64,000 nt of DNA, taken from NCBI GenBank assembly GCA_963832745.1, contig CAWHVC010000001.1, positions 416,001 to 480,000 of the forward strand. The letters are read 5' to 3'. The notes under the pieces are model-generated. The model was not told the origin of the DNA. It searched no databases and worked only from the letters and a program-made list of their open reading frames with translations. Positions 1 to 9,504 of this stretch are shown here, piece after piece; the first letter of the stretch is position 1, and every line of letters begins with the position of its first letter. Made by a program: the position numbers and the translations under genes. This DNA comes from Candidatus Bathyarchaeota archaeon. GTDB lineage: Archaea > Thermoproteota > Bathyarchaeia > Bathyarchaeales > Bathycorpusculaceae.

Positions 1-60
1 AAGCATAACCATGAGTGTGTCCAAAGTAAAAAGAAAATATGCGTTATTTTCTCCCTGGTT

Positions 61-1527
61 TTACTCTATTTTTCTGACTTTATACCTTGCAACTGCCGCG
101 AAACCCTTGTAAAATTCACGCATCAACCTATTGTACCATTTTCCCTTAAATGTCCAATCAATTAGGTTGTCAACCCATTTGAAGTCGTGCTCAGCACATT
201 GAAGCATTAATTCGCGATGCTGCCGGTTCATTTTAGTATCCTTGAACCAATCTTCATCTTTCAAACGGCCAAGAGGAACAAAAAACAATGGTACAATCAA
301 ACTGCGCATGCCTTTTAAGTCATCCATCAACTCCTGAGTTTTAATAATGTCATCTTCTGTTTCATCGGGTAACCCAACAATTAACGTGCCTGCCGGAACC
401 AAATTGTTATCATGCATTAATCCCATGCCATTCACAACTACGTCATGCCAATCATCCGCCTTGAACGGGTGTGCTTTTGTTGGCATAATTTTTTTGGCTA
501 TCTGGGCTGAACCTGTTTCTATTCCAATTTCAACGCCCCACCAATCTTGTTTTTGAAGAATGATTTCGGAGAGTTCATGGAACAGTTTTGGGTTTGAAGC
601 TACCGCGGCTAATGAGCAGTGGCTCCAACTAACGCTTTCACAACGTTTAACGATTCTTTTATGCAATTCAACAAGTTTTTCAGGATTCGGCGTTGTGGTG
701 TTTGATCCATAAAGCATTACATCTTCGGCATGCATGCAGGCGCCTGTAACCTTTCCAGATTTTAGGTTAACCTCTAATTCCCGTTCAACCTTTTCTATGG
801 GATACCAACGCAGTGGTCTTAAGGTAACATTGCAGAATTGACACCCACGGCAACATCCACGCCCAATTTCGATTAGACCATTAATTGATGGTCCAATAAT
901 GTCGGGGATTTCTTCCAGTTTAGGGGTTTCTCCTACGCCCACTTCATAGCGGATTGGAAGGTCTTCACCATTTAACGCAGTGTTGGCCAGTTTGCCAATA
1001 ACTTTTTCTGCTTCACCCTCAATTACACAATCAATTCCAAAATCCTTTATGGCTTTTTCTCGGTAACGGAATTGCCATGCACCAGGTCCACCGACAATTA
1101 CTTTTAATCCATTGTTTTTTGCTTTTTTTATCTCTGGGTCATACATTAATTGTTCAAAATATTTGGCGAGAAATGGTTCTTTTTTGAAGATAGCAGACAA
1201 TGTACTTGATGCCGGCCCCAAACCGAATGGGTCCATGCTATAGATGCCAAGGATTTTTACATCTTTTAGGTTTTCCTTTAAGTGCTGCGGGCTTACTGTT
1301 GAAACTTTGAAGCCTTCTTTTACAAGTTGAGCTTCTGTTTTCCTTAACCCGTAGGGTGCAGTTTGGGGTGAACCAATTTTGTTTGTTTTTATCGGTGGAA
1401 AAAACAGGTAACTATACAGCCAATCAGGGATAAAGTTGGGTGGTGCGCAGGTGCCAAATCCTAAAAACTCGTTGCTATGGTAATCGCTCATTAACGTTTT
1501 GTCGGCAGTAAGAAGTATTTCCGGCAT
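61..1527 (-). CDS. B12-binding radical SAM protein, GDGT-modifying (GrsA/GrsB/Gms-like) family
   Basis: 488 aa. CxxxCxxC (CCRGCQFC), GGPGAWQ and GIETGS motifs. N-terminus ILLTADKTLMS..EFLGF and APYGLRK.EA resemble Grs/Gms family as recalled. Confidence 0.7.
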   Translation of the reverse strand: MPEILLTADKTLMSDYHSNEFLGFGTCAPPNFIPDWLYSYLFFPPIKTNKIGSPQTAPYGLRKTEAQLVKEGFKVSTVSPQHLKENLKDVKILGIYSMDPFGLGPASSTLSAIFKKEPFLAKYFEQLMYDPEIKKAKNNGLKVIVGGPGAWQFRYREKAIKDFGIDCVIEGEAEKVIGKLANTALNGEDLPIRYEVGVGETPKLEEIPDIIGPSINGLIEIGRGCCRGCQFCNVTLRPLRWYPIEKVERELEVNLKSGKVTGACMHAEDVMLYGSNTTTPNPEKLVELHKRIVKRCESVSWSHCSLAAVASNPKLFHELSEIILQKQDWWGVEIGIETGSAQIAKKIMPTKAHPFKADDWHDVVVNGMGLMHDNNLVPAGTLIVGLPDETEDDIIKTQELMDDLKGMRSLIVPLFFVPLGRLKDEDWFKDTKMNRQHRELMLQCAEHDFKWVDNLIDWTFKGKWYNRLMREFYKGFAAVARYKVRKIE

Positions 1528-1831
1528 TTTTCTATTTGCTCCTTAGCCATGCTTCTTTTTTGAAAAAGCAACCGTGTAAAAGTCTAGTCTGTTGGAAGAA
1601 AGAAATAAATGTATTGTTGCCTGTTTAAACTGCAATCTGCCGTTTTTAAGTTTACATTGTTACTGGTTCATTGAATAAACGTTAAAAAGAACCGCATTTT
1701 ATGTCAATATTAAAAATTGCTTATTTTACATTATTCACGGTAGTTTTTGCGTTTTACTAGAAAAATGTATATGAAGGATTACGTTAAAAATATTCAAACG
1801 ACCACCAGAGAAGGGATTATTACTGAAAAAA

Positions 1832-2386
1832 ATGACTGAGTTTAGATGGCATGGCAGAGGCGGTCAAGGCGCTTGGACAGCCAGCGAATTGCTGGCAAGA
1901 ACAGCACTTGACGAGGGTAAATACATTCAGTCTTTCCCAGAATTTGGGCCTGAACGAATGGGCGCCCCCGTGACTGCTTTCACCAGAATCAGCACCGAAC
2001 CAATCAGGTTGCATTGTGCAGTATTTGACCCGGACGTAGTAATAGTGTTAGATAATACTTTACTGAAAACTGTGCCTGTAACTGCAGGACTAAATCGTGA
2101 CGATGACTGTTTAATCATTAACTCAAGCGATGACCCTGCAGTATTAAAAGAAAATCTGCGTGTATCCAAAGGTAAGGTTTGGACAGTGCCCGCAACAGAA
2201 ATTGCCCTAAGAATCTTGGGTGCCCCAATAACTAATACGGCGTTGCTGGGTGTTGTAGCTAAAGCCACTGGAATAGTCTCTTTAGAAGGTATCCAGAAAA
2301 CTTTGAAGGGACGCTTTAGGCTGGAATTGGCAGAGAAAAACTTTGCTGTCGTTCAAGAAGCTTACAAGGAGGCAAAATTTGAATGA
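1832..2386 (+). CDS. porC: Pyruvate/2-oxoacid:ferredoxin oxidoreductase gamma subunit
   Basis: HGRGGQG and FPEFGPERMGAPV motifs; first gene of a four-gene operon. Confidence 0.92.
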   Translation: MTEFRWHGRGGQGAWTASELLARTALDEGKYIQSFPEFGPERMGAPVTAFTRISTEPIRLHCAVFDPDVVIVLDNTLLKTVPVTAGLNRDDDCLIINSSDDPAVLKENLRVSKGKVWTVPATEIALRILGAPITNTALLGVVAKATGIVSLEGIQKTLKGRFRLELAEKNFAVVQEAYKEAKFE

Positions 2387-2673
2387 GTCGACAAGAAAAA
2401 GGTTGGAAAGACGTTAGCATGGCTGCAGTTTCATCAAAATCAAGCGTAGGTTTCATGACTGGCGACTGGAAAACCTACATGCCTGTGCGTGATTTGGATA
2501 AATGTGTTACTTGCTTAACTTGTGTGATGCTTTGTCCTGAAGGAGCAATCCGTTGGAGACCTGAGCTTGGAAAGATCGAGTTTGACCTTGGCTTCTGTAA
2601 AGGTTGTGGGATATGCGCTAATGAATGCCCAACCAAAGCAATTAGCATGAAAATGCCTGAAAAGGAGGAATAA
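2383..2673 (+). CDS. porD: 2-oxoacid:ferredoxin oxidoreductase delta subunit (2x[4Fe-4S])
   Basis: TGDWK motif, two CxxCxxCxxxCP motifs, 4-bp overlap with porC. Confidence 0.92.
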   Translation: MSRQEKGWKDVSMAAVSSKSSVGFMTGDWKTYMPVRDLDKCVTCLTCVMLCPEGAIRWRPELGKIEFDLGFCKGCGICANECPTKAISMKMPEKEE

Positions 2674-2677
2674 AAAG

Positions 2678-3910
2678 TTGACTCAATTATTAAAAAAAGA
2701 AACATTGGCCTTGAACGGTGACGAAGCAGTCGCGTTGGCAGCAAAACAATCTGACGTTGACGTTGTCGCTGCTTACCCAATTACTCCCCAAACAATTATC
2801 GTAGAAAAATTTAGTGAATATGTCGCTAACGGTGAAGTACAAACTCAGTTTGTCTGCACAGAATCTGAACACAGCGCCATGACCGCTTGTATTGCCTCTT
2901 CAGCGACTGGTGTAAGAACATTCACTGCAAGTGCATCCGCAGGTTTAGCTTTGATGCATGAAATGCTTTTTGTTGCTTCAGGTGCACGTACACCAGTTGT
3001 GATGGCAATTGCTAACCGTGCCTTATCTGCACCTCTTAACATTCATGGTGACCAATCAGATAGCATGGCTGAAAGGGATTCTGGTTGGATTCAGCTTTAT
3101 GCTGAAAACGCTCAAGAAGCATATGATACTGTTATTCAAGCTTTCAGGATTGGCGAGCATCTTGATGTTTCTTTGCCTGTAATTATAGGCATTGATGGCT
3201 TTACTATCAGTCACACGCTCGAAAACGTTGATGTGTTGCCTGATGATGAAGTGAAAAAGTTTGTCGGTGACCGACAACTGCCACTTGTGCTCAGTCACGA
3301 AGGCAAAATGGTTCCATACAAGCTTGACCCTAAAAACCCAATGACCATCGGAGCTAACGCATTACCAAACAATTACTTCGAGTTTAAACGCCAACAAGAA
3401 GAAGCAATGAAAAACGCGCTTAAACAAATACAAGCAATCAACACAGAATACGCAAACCTTACAGGCCGAAGCTACGGCAACGGTTTGATTGAAGAATACC
3501 AGATTGATGATGCAGAATTAATTGTTATTTGTCTGGGCGCAACTTCGGGAACATTGAAAGTTGTTGTTGACGAATTAAGACAAGAAGGCGTGAAAGCGGG
3601 TTTACTACGTTTGCGTACGTTCCGACCTTTACCTGTCGAAAACCTTCGAAATGCACTGAAAAACGCTAAAGCCATCGCAGTGATGGATAAAAGCATGAGT
3701 TTCGGCGGCTTTGGTGGTGCAGTTTTCCACGAAATCCGACACGTAATGTACGATTTGCCGACACATATTCCAATAGTAAACTTCATTTACGGTTTAGGCG
3801 GGCGTGACTCAACAACTAAAGATTTACGAAAAATCTTCGATGAACTATCTCACATTGCAAAAACCGGCAAAACCGATACGCTTGTGCACTATTTCGGATT
3901 AAGGGAGTAA
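2678..3910 (+). CDS. porA: Pyruvate:ferredoxin oxidoreductase alpha subunit
   Basis: AYPITPQT, ESEHSA, NRALSAPLNIHGDQSD and YGLGGRD motifs. Confidence 0.93.
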   Translation: MTQLLKKETLALNGDEAVALAAKQSDVDVVAAYPITPQTIIVEKFSEYVANGEVQTQFVCTESEHSAMTACIASSATGVRTFTASASAGLALMHEMLFVASGARTPVVMAIANRALSAPLNIHGDQSDSMAERDSGWIQLYAENAQEAYDTVIQAFRIGEHLDVSLPVIIGIDGFTISHTLENVDVLPDDEVKKFVGDRQLPLVLSHEGKMVPYKLDPKNPMTIGANALPNNYFEFKRQQEEAMKNALKQIQAINTEYANLTGRSYGNGLIEEYQIDDAELIVICLGATSGTLKVVVDELRQEGVKAGLLRLRTFRPLPVENLRNALKNAKAIAVMDKSMSFGGFGGAVFHEIRHVMYDLPTHIPIVNFIYGLGGRDSTTKDLRKIFDELSHIAKTGKTDTLVHYFGLRE

Positions 3911-4882
3911 ATGGAGGCAAAAAAGTTGACAACACAAGAATGGAAATTCACGGCAAAAGATATTGCATTAAAACCTGACTTGTTCCTGCCTGGTCACAGA
4001 GCATGCGCAGGATGCGGTCCCGCTTCAGTGCTGCGATTAATCATGAAGGCTACTCGCGGTCCAACAATTGTGACTGAAGCAACTGGCTGCATGGAAGTTG
4101 TTTCATCAATATATCCCTATACGTCTTGGGCGTTGCCTTGGTTGCATACTGCTTTTGAAAATGCTGCGGCGAATGCCGCCGGTATTGATGCTGCTTTGAA
4201 AGCTATGAAAATTAAGGATCCTTCAAGAGAGCATATTGACGTTATTGCGCTTGCAGGTGACGGTGGAACATACGATATTGGTTTGCAGGCGTTGTCAGGT
4301 GCTATTGAACGTGGTCACGACTTTTTGTTTGTTCTTTACGACAATGAAGGTTACATGAACACTGGGATTCAAAGAAGCGGTGGAACCCCCACTGGTGCAG
4401 CTACCACAACGACTCCCGCAGGAAAAGTTATTCCGGGAAAACTTGAAAAGAAGAAGCCAATCACCGAAATAATATTAGCCCATGAGCTAGAATACGTCGC
4501 TACTGCAACACCCTACTACTGGAAAGACCTCATGACTAAAGTCCGAAAAGGCTTAGAAGTTGAAGGCCCCGCATTTCTGCACGTCTTTGCTCCTTGTCCC
4601 CGTGGCTGGAGAACTGACCCGTCAAAAACTATGTCGTACTCTAAATTGTCTGTTGAAACCTGCGTTTTCCCCATCTGGGAAGCTGTCAACGGTAAACGTG
4701 CACTTTCGACACCCAGCAAAATATACGCTTTGGCACCGCAAAAGAAAAAGCCAGTAACAGACTACCTCACAGGTCAAGGACGCTTCCGCCACCTGTTTAA
4801 ACCAGAAAACAAGCATATAATTGACCAGATTCAACAGACAACTGATGAACGCTGGCAAAAACTGATAAAACAGTGCGAGTAA
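3911..4882 (+). CDS. porB: Pyruvate:ferredoxin oxidoreductase beta subunit
   Basis: GHRACAGCG, TPP-binding GDGG..DNEGYMNTG and PCPRGW motifs. Confidence 0.93.
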   Translation: MEAKKLTTQEWKFTAKDIALKPDLFLPGHRACAGCGPASVLRLIMKATRGPTIVTEATGCMEVVSSIYPYTSWALPWLHTAFENAAANAAGIDAALKAMKIKDPSREHIDVIALAGDGGTYDIGLQALSGAIERGHDFLFVLYDNEGYMNTGIQRSGGTPTGAATTTTPAGKVIPGKLEKKKPITEIILAHELEYVATATPYYWKDLMTKVRKGLEVEGPAFLHVFAPCPRGWRTDPSKTMSYSKLSVETCVFPIWEAVNGKRALSTPSKIYALAPQKKKPVTDYLTGQGRFRHLFKPENKHIIDQIQQTTDERWQKLIKQCE

Positions 4883-4921
4883 GCCTAAACCTTTTTCTTT
4901 CCTTTTTTAGTAACCTATTTT

Positions 4922-5222
4922 TTGAGAGTAGTTTGTTTGCGTTTAGCTTTGCTTACGAACGAATACATGACGGCTTACATGGAAATCGTACGGCAGGATT
5001 ACACGGATTATTACTTCTTTATTTATGACGTATTGTTGCAGAGAGAATGCACCAAAGTTTGGCTTGCCGTTGAAGGAGACAAAATCGTTGGGTTAATGCT
5101 GATTTATAAGGGAGGCTGATTTTATGGCTATTCACGTTTTGGAAAGCAATCCTGCGGCATTGCGGATTTATGAGGATACCGGGTTTAAGCCTTACAAGTC
5201 TTATGTATTGCTAAAAACCTAA
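4922..5222 (+). pseudogene. GNAT-family acetyltransferase remnant with internal deletion
   Basis: N-terminal fragment ends at TGA 5119. A different frame then reads EADFMAIHVLESNPAALRIYEDTGFKPYKSY, a GNAT motif B (N..A...Y...GF), to TAA 5222. The acetyl-CoA binding motif A is absent. Confidence 0.65.
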
Positions 5223-5594
5223 TCAATTTTAGCCTGTCTGTGACTGTGATGTGTCAATCACAAATTTTTATCTGTGTTTCTAAGTGCATTGTATTTGTCG
5301 AAAGAAACATTGCGTCGTTTGGCAGATAAACCAGTTACCAAGCAAGGCTCTGCTTAGTCCTGCACTATGGGGCTTAGGCTCCCAAATGTGTATTTCTAAA
5401 CATCCTGCAAGGAATGTGGAAATCTGCCGAACGGCACCTGTGAATTGATTTTTAGGCAACAATTTTTTCGGAGCAGATACGCTTTTTTTGCGCCATCTTT
5501 TCTCAGCTGCAAACCACCTATAAAAGAGGAAATGCCGCCTATCTGCTCCACCAAGTTTTCAGAATACTTTTGGGTTGTTTCTACGCCATTACAA

Positions 5595-5657
5595 ACCTAC
5601 CCCCTATAGGTTTCAACATAGAATTACTAATAGGATCTTAATAGGGCGGCAAATAGG
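5595..5657 (-). repeat. Dispersed ~62 bp intergenic element, copy A
   Basis: Reverse complement of 5595-5623 is identical over 29 bp to 43644-43672. GATCCTATTAG and CCTATTTG blocks are also shared. Confidence 0.9.
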
Positions 5658-5771
5658 TTGATGCTGATTTACCTCAAAGGAAATATTGGTCTAAACACTA
5701 AAATCCCGTGCAAGTCAGTATTATGAACAGTTTTTTATACAGGATTCAACTGGTAATTGCCTTGACAATCT

Positions 5772-6233
5772 TTGAAGAAAAAAATCATATTTGCTGTTGC
5801 AATTCCGTTAATCGTCGCTTCATTGATAGCAGTAATAATGCTTCCGGGTTTGGGCTTTCAACAGGAAACCAACCTCTACACTTACCCCTTGTCTGTTGGA
5901 GACAAAACCTATAAAGTAACCCTCAAAACCAATTGGAATGAAGAACCTTCGCCAACAGTTGCCCTCATCAATTCATCAGAAACTAATCGCCACGCTATAG
6001 AACTTTACTTTCTAGGCGGAAACGAAAAAACCGTATCTTATAACATCACCATTCCAACCGACCTACTGGGGGGAAACATTTCGCTGGTTTGGAAATACTA
6101 CCAACAAAACCCCGACCGCTACATCCTAACCAACAACGACACGTATAACTCGTTACAAATGACCTTTGAATACTCACCAAACTTCTCAGGTTCAGGATAC
6201 TTCGAAATATTGGGAACAGAAGGCGCCTGGTGA
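5772..6233 (+). CDS. Hypothetical protein with N-terminal signal/TM segment
   Basis: 153 aa; KKK plus hydrophobic N-terminus, then a beta-rich domain. Confidence 0.75.
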   Translation: MKKKIIFAVAIPLIVASLIAVIMLPGLGFQQETNLYTYPLSVGDKTYKVTLKTNWNEEPSPTVALINSSETNRHAIELYFLGGNEKTVSYNITIPTDLLGGNISLVWKYYQQNPDRYILTNNDTYNSLQMTFEYSPNFSGSGYFEILGTEGAW

Positions 6234-6344
6234 AAAGCAGCAAACGGGTAACCCAATTCACGGGTAATCAAGGCAATTTTTTCCTGTTAACCAAAACCTT
6301 TAAAGAAAGCCTATACGGGTTTAGTTTAGAAGCCAGGTAAGTTT

Positions 6345-6422
6345 GGGCGGGTAGATCAGCCTGGCATGATCGCCACGTTGGCATCGTGGAGGTCGCGGGT
6401 TCAAATCCCGCCCCGTCCACCA
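6345..6422 (+). tRNA. tRNA-Ala (anticodon GGC), intronless, encoded CCA
   Basis: Acceptor GGGCGGG/CCCGTCC with G3:U70. D stem GATC/GATC, anticodon arm CCACG-TTGGCAT-CGTGG, T arm GCGGG-TTCAAAT-CCCGC, ends ACCA. Confidence 0.97.
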
Positions 6423-6507
6423 GAAACATTCTATATAAAATTAGCACAATTCTAAAAAAGCCAATATTCTTATGGTTTAGAATCACTCTAGAACTTGGTG
6501 ATTTTTT

Positions 6508-6621
6508 ATGAGCGAAATAAATAGTTTAAAATCTGAAGTAGATGATTTGAAAAATCGTGTAAACAAACTTGAAGCACATATCAAAGACCATGAAGTTCAC
6601 GGACATGAACATACGCATTAG
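6508..6621 (+). CDS. Small protein (37 aa), coiled coil with His-rich tail
   Basis: MSEINSLKSEVDDLKNRVNKLEAHIKDHEVHGHEHTH; GGTGA SD at 6497-6501; T-tract after the stop. Below the ORF-track cutoff. Confidence 0.7.
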   Translation: MSEINSLKSEVDDLKNRVNKLEAHIKDHEVHGHEHTH

Positions 6622-6878
6622 TTTTTAGAATAAACAACGAAATTTTGTTAGTCCAGCTAATTGTTTGTTGCTTAACTCTTTTGCTTTTGTTAGATTACAT
6701 TATAGTTGCCTAACTGTGTTGTCTAACGTCCTGTCGAAAGTTGCTAACTTAGTTGCTAAACGTTTGGTTTAAATTATCTTTTTTCCTGCCTCCGTTTTGT
6801 TTTAAATTAACTTCAATTTTGGAAAAATTATAAATAGGAAGTAAGGCGTGAACATGAAAAGGTAAGGGGAAAAGATAC

Positions 6879-7553
6879 GTGAAGTTGATTCGCATTGTAA
6901 CTGCAATTACGTTAAGTGTATTGCTTTTATCCATGATTTTATCAGTAAGTTTAGTTTCTGCTTTGGAGCAGAATGAAGCATCGGTTACCACATTTATGTC
7001 AGAGGTCCCAAAAGCGCCAGGGCAGGCAACATCAATTAGAATTCTATTTAACAGCAACACTAACAAAGACTTGGACATTTACTATGTTGGAATACATGTT
7101 GACTGGATGGATACTGACCAACTTTTCGGAATCGATTATTCAAGTTATCCAGAAACAGTTGCAGGTATGGAAAATTATAGAGTAGACATTATCAATTTCA
7201 CGGTTCCAACTTCCGCTTCAATTGGACCACACACTTACTATATTGGTGTCGACGGGTACGATGAAGATGGAAACGCGTTCTCGTGGAAATCCAACGATTT
7301 AACACTAATGGTGGGCAATCCAGAAAGTTCAATTCAACCAACTTCAACTCCAACTGCAAATCAAAACCAGCCTATGGATCTAACCTTTGTACTCTATGGG
7401 GTCCTTGTAGCTGTTGCTGTTGCAATTGTAGCCTTAGCTATTATTGTAATGAAAAAACGAGGCACTAACAGTGCAGCCAAATCCAATGCTAACCAACCAG
7501 AGTCACCTAAACCAGAACAGAAACCTGATGATGGACAAGATTTCAGCATATAA
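6879..7553 (+). CDS. Secreted, C-terminally membrane-anchored Ig-like protein
   Basis: Signal peptide, beta-rich domain, PT linker, TM helix followed by KKR. Confidence 0.8.
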   Translation: MKLIRIVTAITLSVLLLSMILSVSLVSALEQNEASVTTFMSEVPKAPGQATSIRILFNSNTNKDLDIYYVGIHVDWMDTDQLFGIDYSSYPETVAGMENYRVDIINFTVPTSASIGPHTYYIGVDGYDEDGNAFSWKSNDLTLMVGNPESSIQPTSTPTANQNQPMDLTFVLYGVLVAVAVAIVALAIIVMKKRGTNSAAKSNANQPESPKPEQKPDDGQDFSI

Positions 7554-7642
7554 TTGTTTAGATTCCAAAAAAACCTCTTTTTTAATTTGCTACCGTTTTT
7601 TGTGTTTTTGGCAAAGAGTTAAATTAAACGCGAATTAAGATT

Positions 7643-8368
7643 TTGCTACGGGATTGGATGTTAGGCAGTTGTGAGGTTCTTACGCCGTTGGGTGGGGCAG
7701 GCGTTCCCACAGTCTGGATGGAAAAAAACAAGAAGTTTCTGGGCAGCTACAAGTGGCATACTTCAACCGTTAAGGGAGTTGGCAACGCACGAAATGAACT
7801 GCTCAAGATGGCTGAAGCGCCGCTGGTTTTGTGGCTGGATTCCGATATTGAATTAGATTTTGATCCCGTCCCAGTTTTGCTTGATTTGATGCAGAAATTC
7901 AATGTTTCAGGCATCTGCGCAGGTCAATTGACAGTGGGCAACAAATGGTTCCTTCAAGTTGCGGCTGAAATGGACAAATTGGAGATTGAACGTCATGGCG
8001 GCGTCAAAATCGTTGAAGCCAGAGCCTTCCAATGCGCATTATACAAGCGGGAAGACCTGCTTAAAGTGGGCGGTTTCGACCCAGCGTTTGATGTGGCAGG
8101 CGAAGATAACGACGTAATCCGCCGTATGATAGCGGACGGCATGCTTGTTTTGCATTGCAATAAACTTATCGTTAAGCATCATGTTAACGAGGAGACTTAC
8201 TGGCGAAAATTCAAAGGCTACCATAAAGGCTTCAGTCAATTGGCAGCTACAATGAAGGATGAGTACCAGCCAGAAGCGCAGGGTTCAGCATTGGATTTTA
8301 GCATGATCCGACGCATGCCTCTAAAGTATCCACTCTACAAGTTAAAAGAAAAACTCTCACTCATGTGA
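7643..8368 (+). CDS. Glycosyltransferase family 2-like
   Basis: ARNE, WLDSD (DxD) and VGGFDPAF...GEDND motifs; N-terminus divergent. Confidence 0.8.
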   Translation: MLRDWMLGSCEVLTPLGGAGVPTVWMEKNKKFLGSYKWHTSTVKGVGNARNELLKMAEAPLVLWLDSDIELDFDPVPVLLDLMQKFNVSGICAGQLTVGNKWFLQVAAEMDKLEIERHGGVKIVEARAFQCALYKREDLLKVGGFDPAFDVAGEDNDVIRRMIADGMLVLHCNKLIVKHHVNEETYWRKFKGYHKGFSQLAATMKDEYQPEAQGSALDFSMIRRMPLKYPLYKLKEKLSLM

Positions 8369-8377
8369 AGGTGAAAA

Positions 8378-9504
8378 ATGGTGATTACGCCCAAAATCTT
8401 GACTTTTTTCGTCACAAACCGCTGCAACGCACGGTGCAGTCACTGTTTTAACTGGAAAACCCAACCCACAGCTGAGTTGTCTCTTGAAGAAATAAAAAAA
8501 ATTGACTTCAGTGTTTTTGAGTCTATTTCAGTTACAGGCGGAGAACCGACCCTAAGAGAGGACCTTGCGGAAGTCTGCAGTCATGTTGCAAGAAACAAGA
8601 TTTACATAAACACGAACGGGCTGCTGCCTAGACGCATTCAGGAAGTTATAACTCGGGTTGGAGTTGGCATGGTTGACGTTACGGTTTCTTTGGATGGGAC
8701 ACGAGATGTGCATGACCAGATTCGTGGCGTAAACTGTTTTGATTCAGCCATCGAAACTATAAAGCAGTGCAAAAAAGCAGGTACAGAAGTAACTATTCTC
8801 ACAACCATTTCACGGTACAACATGTGCAACATTACGGCTTTGATGGATTACCTAAAGGCTGAAGGGCTATTCTGCAAGAAGGGTGACGTGGTTTTCAATA
8901 TTGCCCGCGGTTTAGAACACGCTTTCAATGTTGACACTGCAGTCGGGTTTTATCATAACCCAAGAGATGACAAGGCTGTGCTGACCCTTGAGGAACTTAA
9001 AACTGTCTACGCCTGCATTAAGCCGTACATGGCGAATCAGAACAGGGTTGTTTGGGACTACTCCATCAAAATGTTATCTCAACACAAGAAGCTGGTTGCA
9101 TGTTTTGCGGGCAATCTAGAAATGGTGCTGCATGCTAACGGCGACGTAGCCGCCTGCGAATACACGCGTCCTTTTGCGAATGTTAGAAATTATGGTTTTG
9201 ACCTTGTTAAACTGTGGAACAGCCCAGCCGCAGAGGCTCAAGAACCAAGTTGTGCCAATGTTACTGCATTCACCCGTGCAATTTGAACACGGCCATCCCA
9301 CACACATTAACAGGCATCCTTAAACTCGCGCCTGACATTGCAAAAAACAAGACAAAACAGATTAAAGGAAAAGTTTTAACGTCCACAAAGTGGTTGCTTC
9401 GACAGACTTTTTTTTCAGGGACGCTTTATTTGCTGTTTTTGGTTGGGTACCGTAGCATATTTATTGGGCAGGGTTTCTTGTATCGGTTCTATGTCTACTT
9501 ATAA
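8378..9504 (+). pseudogene. Radical SAM/SPASM protein with -1 frameshift near 9240
   Basis: CNARCSHC and GGEP in 8378-9286. The auxiliary-cluster Cys motif CQCYCIHPC lies in the overlapping frame 9214-9504. Confidence 0.75.

Noticed and set aside
3208-3215. CAGTCACA copies inside coding regions (also 56590-56597)
   Set aside because: No TATA at the conserved spacing; consistent with chance occurrence.
5117-5119. TGA as selenocysteine readthrough
   Set aside because: The GNAT C-terminal similarity continues in a different frame, so this is not in-frame readthrough.
6345-6422. tRNA-Ala as an integration site of a mobile element
   Set aside because: No duplicated tRNA 3' end and no integrase seen in the window.
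6268-6486. 72-aa minus-strand ORF
   Set aside because: It is the antisense translation of the tRNA gene.
6667-6761. Integron attC site (RYYYAAC and GTTRRRY boxes present)
   Set aside because: Box order and spacing do not give a typical attC-sized hairpin; no integrase or cassette array.
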